A DNA stretch of 64,000 nucleotides from Paecilomyces variotii (taxonomy: Eukaryota), in the NCBI GenBank assembly GCA_004022145.1, contig RCNU01000003.1. The stretch is one strand, 5' to 3'. Positions 1 to 13,684 of the stretch are shown here, piece by piece. The notes below the pieces were generated by a model that worked only from the letters and a program-made list of their open reading frames with translations, was not told the DNA's origin and ran no database searches. The translations under genes and the position numbers were made by a program. Each line of letters starts with the position of its first letter. Within the stretch, counting starts at the first letter, position 1.

Positions 1-309
1 CGGTGCTCGCAGCAGTTTTAAAAGATCAGCGAGGACGGAGCGTGTTCGGACCAGCATCCCACGCACGGGGTCTGGTTGTACCACACATTGGAGGAGTAAA
101 TTAAAAGGCTCGTCGCCTATCTTCATCTACTTTTACCCGACACTACTACTCCACATGGGGCAGGTGAACTTTCTGTGACTTTCGCTGACCGGAGGCTTTT
201 TTTTTGGGCGGGATGGACCGTCCCAAAGGAACAAGGACAGTCCGTTTCCTCGCAGGCTTTGGCTTTGGCTTGTTCACGATGCCGAGTTCAGTTAGTGTCG
301 ATAGAAGAT

Positions 310-360
310 CTTATCTCAGTTGGCCCAAGAGTGTGCACGGTGGAGCTACTATTATCTGAT
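310..360 (-). promoter_or_regulatory. GATA sites including an ATCAGATAA (SreA-type iron-repression) motif upstream of the ferroxidase
   Basis: TTATCTGAT at 352-360 is ATCAGATAA on the minus strand, matching the ATCWGATAA consensus known for Aspergillus SreA. There is also CTTATCT (AGATAAG) at 310-316 and a variant ATCAGATTA at 991-999. Confidence 0.55.
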
Positions 361-1321
361 TCCGCATATCTGATTGATATGATTGATAGGATCGAACAGC
401 CCGACATCCACTTAGTCTCTGTCTCGCCCATCACCCATTCCAAGGACAACTCCCTCCACGTTCGAGCTAAACCGACGCCTCAACAGCCGTTATGATTGAT
501 TTTTTTTCCCATGGTCGTATGATCCGGCCATGAGCGGAGGATCGGTCCAGATGTGCCATTGTGCAGCAAAAAAGAAAAAGAAACGGTGCACATGCCCTCG
601 TTGTTTTCTGGCCATTTTCTGATGATTCTGCTAGTCTGCTCTGCCCAAGAGACCGTGGACCACCAAGAAACCTTGTCCCCCCCGCTGAGGAGGCTTAGGA
701 AAAGCTTAGAAAGGCTTGTCCGAGACGGAATTTTTTCTGATATGGGGTAATTTAATATTAGCATCTGCCATGTGTTTCCCGAATACGTGCTGATCTCGAT
801 CCAGCATGTACCAACCCCTCCTGAAACAAGTCTGACCCATATTAATAATGATTATCGTGCTGTTAGCCTCCTTCTTAGTGCCCATCGAGGGGGATGGTTT
901 GATAGCGTCTCCGGTCCGTGCGAGGAAGCAACATGGACGCTCCCAATCTACGAGTGATTATAATATGTCTCCGGTGGCGCACACTCACGGATCAGATTAG
1001 ATGGTCACACCAAATCCCGATGCCTTTCCGCTCGTAATTGTCCCACAGCAGGTGGTTTGGATTATTGACTAGAGCCTTGGTAAGTTCAGCCGAGAATCGG
1101 ACCTCCGCGCAAAAGCAAAGATCTTTTTGCCGCCGCGCATTATCTCGCAGCAGTCGCAAGCTCTTTAACAAGATCAAAACGCCGGTCAACTTGCCAACTC
1201 ACGGTTCTCCCCTTTCTCACGGCCAGCGTCCGTGTCTGAAATTGTCGCAGGACCCGTGCGCAATTGCGGTTTTCGCTGTCCTTGTGGTCTGCGATATCAT
1301 TTTTTCTCCAGTGTTTCCAGC

Positions 1322-3220
1322 ATGCGGTTCACGGTGTCAACGCTGCTGCTTCTGGCCAGCTCGTGTCTGGCTAAAACCGTCACCTATGATTGGAATGTCA
1401 CCTGGGTCACCGCAAATCCAGATGGCCTTGCCGAGCGCAAGGTCGTTGGCATCAATGGTCAGTGGCCGCTGCCGATGGTCGAGGTCGATAGGGGCGATCG
1501 TCTAGTCGTCAACATGTACAACGGCCTGGGAGACAAAAACACATCCATCCATTGGCACGGCATGTATCAGAATGGCACCAACTACATGGACGGAGCCTCC
1601 ATGGTCACTCAATGTCCTGTCCCGCCGGGTGCCAGCATCACCTACAACTTCACCGTCGACCAGAATGGCACGTATTGGTACCACTGCCATACGGACTCCT
1701 GCTATCCAGATGGCTACCGGCAAGCGCTGATTGTCCGTGACCAGGATTCCTTCTTCCATGATGACTATGAAGAGGAGTTCGTTATCACCTTGTCCGACTG
1801 GTACCACCATATGACAGAGGGTCTCAAAGAAAAATACTTGGCGCTATACAATCCCACGGGTGCGGAGCCCATCCCGGATTCCTTCCTCTTCAATGATACG
1901 TTGAATACAAGCCTTCCTGTGAAGCCTAACACGACCTATCTGCTACGGTTGATCAATACCGGGGCCTTTGTCGCCCAGTACTTCTACATAGAAGGCCACA
2001 ACTTCAAGATAGTCGAGATCGACGGTGTCTATACGGAACCTACCGAGGCAGACACCCTCTATATCGCTATTGCACAGCGCTATTCGATCCTGCTCACCAC
2101 CAAGAACGAAACTGACACGAACTACGCCATTGTCACGGTGGCAGATTCGAACCTGCTCGATACTATCCCAGAGACGCTACAGCTCAACAACACCAACTGG
2201 CTGGAATATAACAAAGATGCGCCCCATGACCGGGCGGTAGTCCCTGTTGCCCTGTCTCAAGATCTCAACCCATTCGATGATATCACTCTGGTCCCTTATG
2301 ACCACATGCCCTTGCTCCCAGAGCCGGACGTCGAAGTCAACTTGACCGTCATCATGAACAACCTTAATAATGGGTTCAATTATGCCTTCTTCAACAACAT
2401 CACCTATACTACACCTAAAGTACCTTCGCTGTTCACAGCGCTGTCGTCGGGCGATCTCACGACGAATCCGACGGTCTATGGCACAAACACAAACCCCTTT
2501 GTTTTTGAGCATAACGACGTTGTCCAGGTCATCGTCAACAACGGTGATACGGGATCACATCCATTCCACCTCCACGGCCACAATTTCCAGGTGATCACCC
2601 GTGCTCCTGGATACGGTCCCGACTTCAACAGCTATCTCGACGGCGATCCAGTCCCATATGACCCCAGCAATCACACAGCCTTTCCCAAGACGCCTGCACG
2701 CCGGGACACCTTTGTCCTGCCGCCGCAAGGTTACATAGTCTTGCGATTTGTCGCTGACAATCCAGGTGTCTGGTTCTTTCATTGCCACATTGATTGGCAC
2801 TTGTCTGCAGGTCTGGCCTCGATCTTTATCGAGGCTCCCACCCAGATGCAGGAACGTCTGACGATTCCTGCGGACCACCTGGAGGTATGCAGACTTAGCG
2901 GTGTCTCCTCAGAGGGCAATGCTGCTGCCAACACGGAAGATCTGCTGGACCTCAGCGGCCAAAACGTGCAGCCGGGTTGGCTGCCTGCTGGTTTCACGGC
3001 CCGTGGTATTGTTGCCCTTGTCTTCTCATGTATCAGTGCCGTCATGGGTATGATTGCCATCTTTGTCTACGGAATGAGTGATATCAAGTTCAAGAACCAG
3101 TACGGTAGCACCGAGGCGGACATCAGCCAGCCTGGAGAGGAAACCCCTACTTCTGTGACGGCTACTGGGGCTGAGGCAGAACCGAAGACGATCGTGGAGC
3201 AGCCTAGTAAGACGTCATGA
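1322..3220 (+). CDS. fet3: Fet3/FetC-type multicopper ferroxidase (reductive iron assimilation), intronless
   Basis: Signal peptide MRFTVSTLLLLASSCLA. Cu motifs HWHG, WYHCH, HPFHLHGH and HCHIDWHLSAGL (Leu axial). Fet3-type motifs NPTGAEPIP, NYAFFN and DTGSHPF. C-terminal TM segment GIVALVFSCISAVMGMIAIFVYG. ATG at 1322 preferred over the GTG at 1232. Confidence 0.95.
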   Translation: MRFTVSTLLLLASSCLAKTVTYDWNVTWVTANPDGLAERKVVGINGQWPLPMVEVDRGDRLVVNMYNGLGDKNTSIHWHGMYQNGTNYMDGASMVTQCPVPPGASITYNFTVDQNGTYWYHCHTDSCYPDGYRQALIVRDQDSFFHDDYEEEFVITLSDWYHHMTEGLKEKYLALYNPTGAEPIPDSFLFNDTLNTSLPVKPNTTYLLRLINTGAFVAQYFYIEGHNFKIVEIDGVYTEPTEADTLYIAIAQRYSILLTTKNETDTNYAIVTVADSNLLDTIPETLQLNNTNWLEYNKDAPHDRAVVPVALSQDLNPFDDITLVPYDHMPLLPEPDVEVNLTVIMNNLNNGFNYAFFNNITYTTPKVPSLFTALSSGDLTTNPTVYGTNTNPFVFEHNDVVQVIVNNGDTGSHPFHLHGHNFQVITRAPGYGPDFNSYLDGDPVPYDPSNHTAFPKTPARRDTFVLPPQGYIVLRFVADNPGVWFFHCHIDWHLSAGLASIFIEAPTQMQERLTIPADHLEVCRLSGVSSEGNAAANTEDLLDLSGQNVQPGWLPAGFTARGIVALVFSCISAVMGMIAIFVYGMSDIKFKNQYGSTEADISQPGEETPTSVTATGAEAEPKTIVEQPSKTS

Positions 3221-5889
3221 GTTGTCGTTTTGTTCCTACGAAGGATATACTATTTTCACGTTATTTATGAGAGAAAAGAAAAAACAATATACATGTATTG
3301 ATTCTATTACAGCACACATGGCATGACTGGGTTATGGCTCCCTCTGAGGGAGAAATGAACTTTCGGTATCCACCCCATTCTATATAGATATGAGCGTTAT
3401 TTATTCGTCGTTTAGTATGAATACCACTATTCAAGATACTCCAGCTGTTTGCAGATTCAGATAATACTTCTACTAGCAATTACACCAGGCGTGTTATGAA
3501 TATATAAGATACACAAGGATGTGTCGGTAAAGCTTCGCTATCTCTATCGACCTTGAATGTAATGGAAGATAAATATTAAGCGAAAATACAATCTATTCAT
3601 CACATATTAGCTATTTCACTATGTCGGTAAACCTATTTGCTAATTCTATATACCGAGGTGTAGGTCGTCCTCGAATATTCGCAGTCTCTGAACAAAGATA
3701 ATACAAAACAGACCTGCATTTATAGAATAACAAACAGAATCAATTAACTGCATCGGTGATAATACATCGCTCATTTCTCATCTCATAGTTTGTCTTTTCT
3801 TTATGGAAACCGATTCCTCGAGCAATATCAATCGGTAATTCATTCTTTCCCGTGACATCCTTAGGATGCATGCGACAGATATCTATCCAGGGGCGAGTTG
3901 CATAAATACTCCAACCACTTTCTGGGGCACCAGACCATCCACGTGCTAATTTATTATAAGCCTTGTAAAGTCCTTCCGGGCAGATGCCCACGAAACTTGA
4001 AGTCAAAAGGACTGCTGATTAAGGGGCAGTCTCGTAGAACTAGCAATTGTTTATTCATTGTCTATATCGAGTTCAGGGCAATAAGTTTGGGTTTGTTGGG
4101 TAAGTGCGAAATACCAATAAATACCAATAAGTAGCCCCCATCGTCAATCGGCATGGGTCATTAAGCGTCCCTTTTAAACTCGATAAGCAGATGTGGCGTA
4201 AAGAAATACCATCTCCGGTCTAGAGCAGGAGGGAAAACTGACTCGAATTCCACACATATTTGTTATCAATATGTAGACTGAGATTCGGTTAATTCTGTAG
4301 CATTCGGGAAATCTGCTGCGGAATGAAATTTAATGGTCGCCTATACAGGTAACCTACGTGTTGACACTCACTATTCTCCTATTACCCTTTCTCTTCTTAA
4401 CATGTAAGTACCGGTTTTCCCGGTGTAGTACGTTATAAGCTATGCAATTCTTCTGTGATGTTAATTTAGAACATGGCAACTAATTATTCACCCTGACCTT
4501 CTTAGCATTACTTGTGGTGGGTATACTTTCCAGTAGTAAGCCGTGGTGGGCAGAGATGTCTGCTCTGGTTTGTAGGTAGAGAGCTTCCGATAGAGTAACC
4601 AATATCAACCAGGTTTTAATTGATTGTGTACATTTCTGGTGACTCGAGTGATCATAATATACCAGGTGCAGGTCCCCGTCTCTCATAAGCTATGACGTCC
4701 AGGATTAGTATATGTAAGCTGAATATATGTTTCTCCTCCACTATGTTGCCATCAAGGCCAACTGGAATTTCGTATGTGATATGTGGGATCTTAAGTGACC
4801 AGTTAACATGTCTGTGTGTTCTATACGATCCTCGTCGTCCCATATTCGGCTTATGTGCTTGAATATGGTGGGGAGCCTGGTTATATTGCTCCACGGTGTT
4901 GGGAGGATCCAATCTAAGGGCTTCTTCCTAACCAGCAGTAACTCGTATACCTGCGACATGTGTGTGCCATTCTGGCCTTTCTCTATTGCAATAATTTGAC
5001 TTATCTCAGGACAATATTGACGAGTTGATGCGAATATTGAAGTCTGCATTGGGTCATCTCGGGTCCTTTATCGAATCCCCACACCAGTCCTGGATTGAAT
5101 GGATCACAGAGTCAACATCCACGGGAGCATATGCAGAACGAAGGGGGCATATTTGAAAGCCGATAAAGACAGTGGGGGGTAATCTGCATGTTCCACTTGA
5201 AAGTCGTGATGTCAACATGCTGCGTGTGTTGTTCTGGTTATCTCTGCTTCCTCTCTTTGACTTTCCGTGCGGGGTGAGGGGAAGACAAAGTTGTCGAGAA
5301 CCCCAGCAGTCCATACCGAAATTGTATATCCATCTCACCTACGGACCATGTTAGCATCTCTAGCTAGCTAAGTATAGATGGCAATAAGGTTAATCCATAA
5401 TTCGAATACGATATCGAAGTGTGGAATCCGCCGTCCTTGCTGCGCTGGAAGTAGGCTGGAGTGCGTGAATTTTTGGGGTCTGCTATTCGTTCTGTGGACC
5501 CCTAGTGATTTTTCCATTGTCCTTTGGAGTGTGGAGGATTTTTAAGAGCCTGAGATTTGATATGAGGCTTTCGCAAGGACTGCTAAGGTTCGGATACAAT
5601 CACAGATGGTGATGATATATAATCATCGGTGTATTCGCTCCGCATCCCCATTATCGGCTCATTATTGCACATTATTCCTCGCAAAACCGACGAATCATCA
5701 GATTCAGATCGGGTTAGATTAAGACTCAGAGTACCCAATTTCTGGGCATCTCCGTGTCAGTGTATCGAGTTGCATGCAGACTTGCAGATTCATTATCGTC
5801 ACCTCGATGAGGCCAACGGCTAGTTATCTGAAAGTTTGAAAGACTGTCGATCAATAGAACAAAAGGACGAAGCTTTCTTTCAACAAGAC

Positions 5890-5983
5890 GCCCTGGTGGT
5901 CTAGTGGTATGATTCGCGCTTAGGGTCAACCCTTTGCTTAGCTATATTGCGCGAGGTCCCGCGTTCGATCCGCGGCTAGGGCC
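5890..5983 (+). tRNA. tRNA-Pro(AGG) with 22-nt intron (5926-5947)
   Basis: Acceptor stem GCCCTGG/CTAGGGC, D arm TGGTCTAGTGGTATGA, anticodon stem CGCGC/GCGCG with loop TT-AGG-G|intron|T, T arm CCGCG-TTCGATC-CGCGG, T-rich tract downstream. Confidence 0.95.
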
Positions 5984-7366
5984 GTCCTCTTTCTATATCT
6001 TTTGATATATATTTTTTGCTCTTTCTCCATATTGTCCCCAATGGCGCCCGTTTTTATTATTTTGTCTGTATATTGTTATCACCCTTCCCATAGTCAACTT
6101 AACCAGAATGTAGAACATGAGTCTGACATTTCTGTTTGACCTGGAATAATCATTATTTGTCTCCCCGCTCTTCCGGCACGAGGCCGCACAACAGGCGCCT
6201 GGCAACCACCCTGTCAAGTTGAGATGTCAACCTTAAGTGGAGCGATCACAACAAATTAAAAGATGCACCTCTTGGGAATATCTGAAATGATTCTTCGGAT
6301 AGAATAACCGATGACGTGCGCCCAAATGCGGGCATACAGAGAGCAGTAAACCAATCGAATCCAATGACACTTTGTCCGAGTAAACAGCGAGACATCTATC
6401 GATGCAAAACACCCAATCATATCAAGACAGAGTCAAAGAACGTCCTGCTAATCCATTAGATGCGCTCCTGCCCCCTCGTAAAACCGAATCTGTAAAAGAA
6501 GCTACTACTAAACGGCTCAAAGGACGCTCAAGCCTAGTTTGGTTACAAGACAGAGCATGCATCCATGGAGTGGGCTGTTTCTTTTTACTGTCCAACTAAC
6601 TAGCTAGTATTATTATTACTTTGAAGCGAATAGATAGCGCAGAATGAAATGGAAAGTCGTCGAAAGGAAAATCGGCAAAACAGATACTGAGCATATGCCA
6701 TGTGTACTCCGTGTTGACTGTTCTATATCTCCATATCTCCGTGGGAAATGTATGCATCTGACAGTAGCAGTTTCCGCTCATAAAGTACCACCACGTTCCT
6801 TGTTCGAACCACGTAGCGAAATCCTCTCGAATCATTCTTTATTTATCAATTACTTCCTCTGAACCTATTGTCACCTATACTAGAATACGCGTACGTAACC
6901 AAGCGGGCTATCCTCCATAAGTCTATACTAACTGGGGTAAGGAGATAAGTTAGACCACGTCAAGTCAACTACAAGCTTGCGCCCTAACCTGGCGGGGCAA
7001 AAAGCTTGACAGTGTACCACTGTACCATAATAATTATTGCATATGCTCCGTAGAGCTAATCGAATACCGTAGATAATTGGTTTTTCTAACGACATGAATC
7101 CTCCAACGAGGACAGTAACCCTCTTCTGTCCCACTTTCTCTCAGTCCTCACCGGTATTTCTCCCCCCACTATAATATACTTAGAATCTCAACTAACAGTT
7201 GAGATGAAACAATCCGTTTCTATCGGCCCCTCCCTTGCTAAGAGTCTTGACATGTCCGGACTTCGTGGCAATAAGTTAGTCAACTACGGAGTAGTTAGTG
7301 GAAAGTTCGATCTCGTCCTAACTCGAGCACGGACATGAAGATGGGGAATCACATCTAGTTACCGTA

Positions 7367-7440
7367 ATCGGCCCCTAGTTTCGGACACCGCGCGCAGCGC
7401 GGGTCTGCCACCTCAACATAAATACCCAGCTTAATGTAAA
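7367..7440 (+). repeat. Left terminal inverted repeat (74 bp) of the Fot1-like element
   Basis: ATCGGCCCCTAGTTTCGGACACCGCGCGCAGCGCGGGTCTG...AATGTAAA is the reverse complement of 30698-30771, differing only by transitions. Confidence 0.95.
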
Positions 7441-7948
7441 TCCATATAAAATCTATTACTTTTTGAAGCTTTTAAACCTATTAAATCTAATTAATTGCCT
7501 AATTAAATATAGTGCTATATAGAATAGGATCCCCTTTAGTTAGTCTATATCTTTAAAGCTATCTTCTACAGCTTTATTATCTATTTAAGCTTAATTATTA
7601 CCCGCTTCTATTTAAACTTTAACTTTTATAATATTTCTCTATTACTATCCTTAAAAATTTATAATTAAATATAGTCTATATTATATTTTATTATAATACC
7701 TCTGCGTTATAGAACCTTTTTAAATACTCTAATATAGACTTAATAGGCTAGCTGTACCCTAGCTAAGGCCTTAAACTTCCTCTATATTTAATCTATAATA
7801 TAGGACTAAGCAATACTATTTTTTAATAGTTTTTAAAGCCTATTAATAAAGTAAGCTAAATTAAATTTAAGCTCTAATAAATAATATTAAAACTATTTAA
7901 ATTATTAAGCAATATTTAATATATTATCTAAGATAAATAACCTATTAA

Positions 7949-8248
7949 TATTAAGGTGCAGGCTTAAGAAGCAGGTCAGAATAAATAGAATAAAGTAGTT
8001 AATACTAGGACTAGCTACAGGATCTCTATTTAGCTAATTTAGACTAAAATAGGCTATTATAGGCAGGCTTAGTAAATAAGATATAGTTTAAAAAGCTTAA
8101 ATTTAGATTAAGCTATATATTAAAAATATCTTTATAAGATTATATAATTCCTTATATAATTTAAAAGGATTTAAACCTTACTCTTTTAAATTAAGTAAGT
8201 ATTAGCTAATAGGTTAATTATTCTATTCTCTATACTAATATTATAATA
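7949..8248 (-). repeat. 3' LTR of element A (300 bp)
   Basis: Direct repeat of 13685-13984 with transition-type differences. Confidence 0.92.
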
Positions 8249-9834
8249 ATACTCCCCTTTTTAAGATTAAGCTCTATTAAAATTATTCTTAGGCTTTAGC
8301 TTATTTAAATAGTAGTAATAAAAGTTTATAATAATCTCTTAAATATACTATAAATAATATATAGGCTTTTTAATTAAATTATTATAACTTAATTACTTAA
8401 TAATATATTATAGTTAAGAGCCTTTATACTTATAATATTTTTATTAAGAATTTAAGATATTTTTAATAATCTATTCTTTAAGGCTATTAACTTCTATAGG
8501 CAATAATAAAAATTATCTCTATCTAGATATAGGGTCTTTAGTAATAAGATAGAATAAGCTAATATTAAATATAAGATAGATATATATTAAGGCAGATAGG
8601 TTAAGCTAATAAATATATAGGCTAATAATCTTAATAATATAGAATAAGCTAAGATTCTTCTAATTAAGTTTCTTCTAAAGGCACTAAATATAAATATTCT
8701 AAGTATTTAATTAAATAGACTATTTTATATAATAATAGTAAACTAAGATTTAATAATAATTAATCTACTCTTTATAATAGGCTTAAATAGCGCAGATCTA
8801 GATATAGATATAATCTATAATATCTTATATCTTCCTAATAAAAGCTTTAGTATCTCTAATAATAGGCTAGTTTATAGATTAAATAGGCTTAAATCCTATA
8901 TATAAATAGAACCTATAATTAATAAAAAAAGGTAATACTTTAATAATCTTAGAATAATAAGAGTTTAATATAAACTTAGCTAAAGATAGCTAGTTAATCT
9001 AATTATCTTATAAATAGTTAATATAAACATATAAATATTATTTTAAGATAGCATTTATTTTTTTAATCTAGCTATTAATTTTAGAATAATAGATAATAAA
9101 TAATAGATTTATAATATCTAGATATTAGATTAAGTATTTCTAAAAAGTAATAATAAACTAAGAGCCTTAATTAAATACTATAATCTTTAATAGTCTATAA
9201 AGCTTCTATATATAGTAGATATATAATTATATTATTCTTTTAATATTATAAATAGCCTAATAAAAAATAAAATACTTTATCTTTATAAGTTAATCTATAA
9301 TAATTAATATAATATTATAACCTTAATAAGATATAAGTTTAATAATAAAATTTATTAAAATATCTTATTAAAAATATTTAAGAATAAGAAGCTAATATAA
9401 GACTTTTTAATAGCCTTTATTTAAGGGTATAATATAGCAGTAGATATAGTAATTCTAGGTCTAATAATCTATATATTAATATATATTTAGCTAGTAATAC
9501 TCTTATAAGATTAGATTATAAAGCTTATATTTTCTAAGATATTTAAATATATACTTATTATAGTATTTTTATAATAAATAGGCTCTTAACTTATTATAAT
9601 TAAGAATATATAAGTAGTCTCTATAATATAAATATCTTTCTCTTTATTAGTAATTAGCTAGTATAATCTTAAAATAATAATTAGCTTTATAATCTAAAGC
9701 TTATAGAATAGACTATATTAAGTTATTAAATAAATAAGCTATATCTAATAAATCTTTAATACTAAATAAATACTTTAGTTTATTAAGTATAGTAAGAGAA
9801 TTTAATTAGTTTTATTTAATAGGCTAAGCTACTT

Positions 9835-9897
9835 CTTTAATAAGCTAAATAATCTCTTTAATAGACTAAATTATCTCCTTAATAGGTTAAATAATTT
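9835..9897. repeat. 21-bp tandem repeat x3 in pol of element A (between RNase H and integrase)
   Basis: CTTTAATAAGCTAAATAATCT / CTTTAATAGACTAAATTATCT / CCTTAATAGGTTAAATAATTT. Confidence 0.6.
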
Positions 9898-12800
9898 CAA
9901 CAGATTAATTAGATAATAAGATAAATTAAATAAGATCTCTAAACTAAATAAATTAACTTTTTAGAATAAATTAGGTAAATATTCCTATAGGTTTAATAAG
10001 ATTTTTAATCTCTTAAGCTATTAGATTAATAAAGTAAATATACCTTATTATTTAACTTCTAGTAATAGCTTCTAGTTTTAAAGATCTCTAAATTTATAGA
10101 TTAAGGTTCTTCTTCTTTAAGACTATCTAGCTCTAATATTATAGCTATTTATCTCTCTCTTTAAAAAAATCTTCTAATCTCTTAATTAAGGTATTAGGCT
10201 TTATTTCTTATTTTTTAGGTTAATATATAATTTAGAAGTTAAACTAAGATAAAAACTTAAACTAATAGGCCTATTACTAGTTTAATAGCTTAATTAATAT
10301 AAAATATTTTAAATTATAATAGTCTATAATAACTTTAATTAATAATAATATATCTTTAAGCTTAAGGCGCTACTCCTTAAAACAGCAGATAATTACTAAT
10401 AATTTTTTATTATAAATCTTATAATTATACTTTATAATAGAGAGCTTCTTTAAAAAAAATATAATAAAATATAGGATTTCTCTATTATTATACTAAGATA
10501 TAACTCTAGCTAATATATAATTAAATAAGTTAGTTTTAACTATAATCTTATAGATCTAATTAAATAGCTTTAAGATTAAGGCTTAAATAAATACTTCTTT
10601 TAAGGCTTTAAAACTAGATTAATAAGTAAATATTTAATTAAAGGAAACTCTCTTCTAGATTAAATTTATAAATAATATAATTATTTTAAAAAAGTTATAA
10701 ATAAACTAATAATAAAAATTACTAAATCTAATAAAGGCTTATATATTAATTATATAGATTAAGGTCCTTTAATTAGTAATTATTTTTATCTTATTTAAAT
10801 CTATCTTAATATAGTCTTAGCTAATAATAATACCTAAGAACTTAATCTTAGAGATAATAAACTTATACTTCTAGATCTTTATATATAGGCCTACTTTATA
10901 TAACTTTTATAAGATAATATAAATATATTAAATATATTTAAAATAGATTATACTATATATTAAAATATTATTAAGATATATAATATAAAAAATATTAAAA
11001 TAATCTTATAAGATATTATTAATAAACTATTAAAATATTGCAAATATTTCTATTAAGCTAAATAATATTATTAATAATTTAAATAGGCTAAATTAAGTAT
11101 AGAAGGCAGTTAAGTATTTTTATCTCTTCTTAATATAAAGGTTATTAAATATAGAAATAATATTAATCTTTATAAAATACTTTATTCTTTTTAAATTATT
11201 TAGGGTCTTCTTAATTAAAGGTAAGAGATATTAATCTTTAATAATTATTATATTTAAGGCTTAATAATCTATATAGATCTATATCTCTCTATTAAACTTC
11301 TTAATAAATAGAATTAGAGATATAATAAGTAATAAACTTAGATAAATAAATCTCTTTCTTAAGTTTTCTTTAATTTATTTTTTTAAGACCTTTAATTTAT
11401 TTTAAGATATAATATATAAAGATTTAAAGGAAAGTAACTTTTCTTCTAATAACTTAATATTATAATTATAAAAATAATATAATAATAAGCACTTAGCCTC
11501 TTTAAGAGAAAAAATATTAATATAATCCTTAAACTTTTTAAGTAATAGGCAAGTAAGGTCTTTTTTTTAAACTTATTTAATCTTTAAAGCAATATCTAGA
11601 TTCTCTAGAATAATTATAAATATTTAAATATTTCTTTAAGTATAAGCAGAATAGGCGGCTAAAGAAATAAAGGCTATATTTCTCTCTTTTAGTCCTCTAG
11701 GTCTTAAGGATAAATATTAGGGTAAAGCCTTTAAAGGAATATTATATAAGACAGGTATTTTAATTAGTTTTAGAAGTATATTATAATTCTTTTAATAATA
11801 ATTACTATTAAAAGTAATATTATAAATAGTAAATTATAAATATAGATTATAATACTTTAATTAGGGAAGTCTTAAAATAATAAGATAATATACTAATTAA
11901 ATAATATAAAACTTAGTATTTTTCTTAAAATAATTCTTAATTCTTATATTTATCTAAATATAATATATAATCTTCTTATTTTCTAGTTCTTTTCTATTAA
12001 ATATATATAGAGTAATTAGGCTCTTTAAAGAGATAGGCTTTAACTTCTAATTCTTAGCTTATTCTTAATTTATAAATCTTTATCTTTTAGCTTTAATATT
12101 AAATAGAATATAAATTAATAAATAAATCTTCTTTTTCTTCTTTTTTAATATTATAGGCAATATTATTAATTTTAATTATTATAGATATTTTTTAAGATTA
12201 ATTTTATAAATAGTAGCAGTAGAGATTTAAATAATATATAATTCTTAAGCCTAGCTATAATTTACTCTAGGCTTACTTCTTTTATTAAAGATTAACTAGA
12301 GGATAGATTATATAAATCTAAGAACTAAATTACTTAAAGAGTCTAGGGGCAAGGTTTATATATAGCTATAATCTAGATCTTCTAATAGTTATTTAAATAT
12401 AGATAATCTCTAATATAATATTCTAAAGAGCTATATTAAAAGTAAGTGCTAGTTTTATAATATAATAGGCTATATTTTCTCTTACTCAGGTATTTAAAAA
12501 TATTTAAATCTATTAGGTTATATAGTTATACTAAGGCTAGTTTACTTTTTTATATAGGGCTTCTCTAAGGCTAGCTATTATATCTTACAGCTAGAGCAGG
12601 ACTTAGAATAAGTAAAAAAGATTAAATATATTAAATAAATCTTAAAATAGTAATATAAGTCTTTATAATAAAGAGCTAGTTTATAATATATTAATAATAG
12701 CAGTTTTTAAGATCTTATAAGAATTTAATAAATTAATAATATTTATAACTTAGAGGCTAGCTATATAATAATATTTCTTAAAATTTTTAGCTAATAGCTT

Positions 12801-13684
12801 ACTTTAATAGAGTAAATAATATTTTTTTAAGTATTTCTCTTTTTAATACTAAGTACTAGAACTTAATAAAAAAGATTTTAAATTCTTTATTAATTTAATA
12901 GAGATTAAATAATTTATTATATATATTATTTATATAATTAGGGTTATTAAATATATACTTTAAAATATCTAGAATCTTTTAATAATTATTAAGAGTATAA
13001 ATCCTATCTCTAATATATAGTAATATTTAAATATAGAGTATATTCTTTAAGCAATTAATTATATAAGTTATATAGCTTTAAGGAGTTAAAAATCTATTTT
13101 AATTAATTATTATCTTCTCTTAAATCTAGGCTATAAAGTGCTAAAGGTTCTTTTAATTACCTTTAAACTTATCTAGATTAAAGAGTTTCTTTAAAAATCT
13201 AAGGGTAAAGAAAGATATAATAATAAATATTTTAAATATTCTTATTAAAGTAGCTATAGGCCTCTTAATATTAGGCTTAAATTTAAATATAAATAGAAGT
13301 ATATTTATAGTAGATATAACTATATAATAGGCCTAGTCCCTTTTAAAGATAGTTTAAATATACTGCTATTCTTTTTTTTAGAGCTAAATCTTTTAATATT
13401 ACTAAATAGCCTTAAGTTTAATAATTTCTTATTTAAGTCTCTATTAAATAATAGTAAATTTTTATTAAAGCTCTTAAAAATATATTTTAATCTAATAGCT
13501 TATCTTATTTATAATAGTCTTAGCTTTATTAATATATTTATATATTAAGTAATAATACTTATATTATTCTAGCTTATAGCTAATAATAATATATTTAATA
13601 AACTTATCTAGGGCAGTTAGTAAGAATAAGGAGATTAAGGCAGATATTATTAATAGTATTAACTCCTAGATAAAAGCTATATAA

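Noticed and set aside
1038-1505. 155-aa ORF overlapping the fet3 start, and the 1232 GTG extension
   Set aside because: Alternative-frame or non-ATG artefacts. The signal peptide starts at ATG 1322.
7246-7340. Imperfect inverted repeat (CATGTCCG / CGGACATG) left of the Fot1 TIR
   Set aside because: Only an 8-bp core with no clear TSD. Too weak to call an element.
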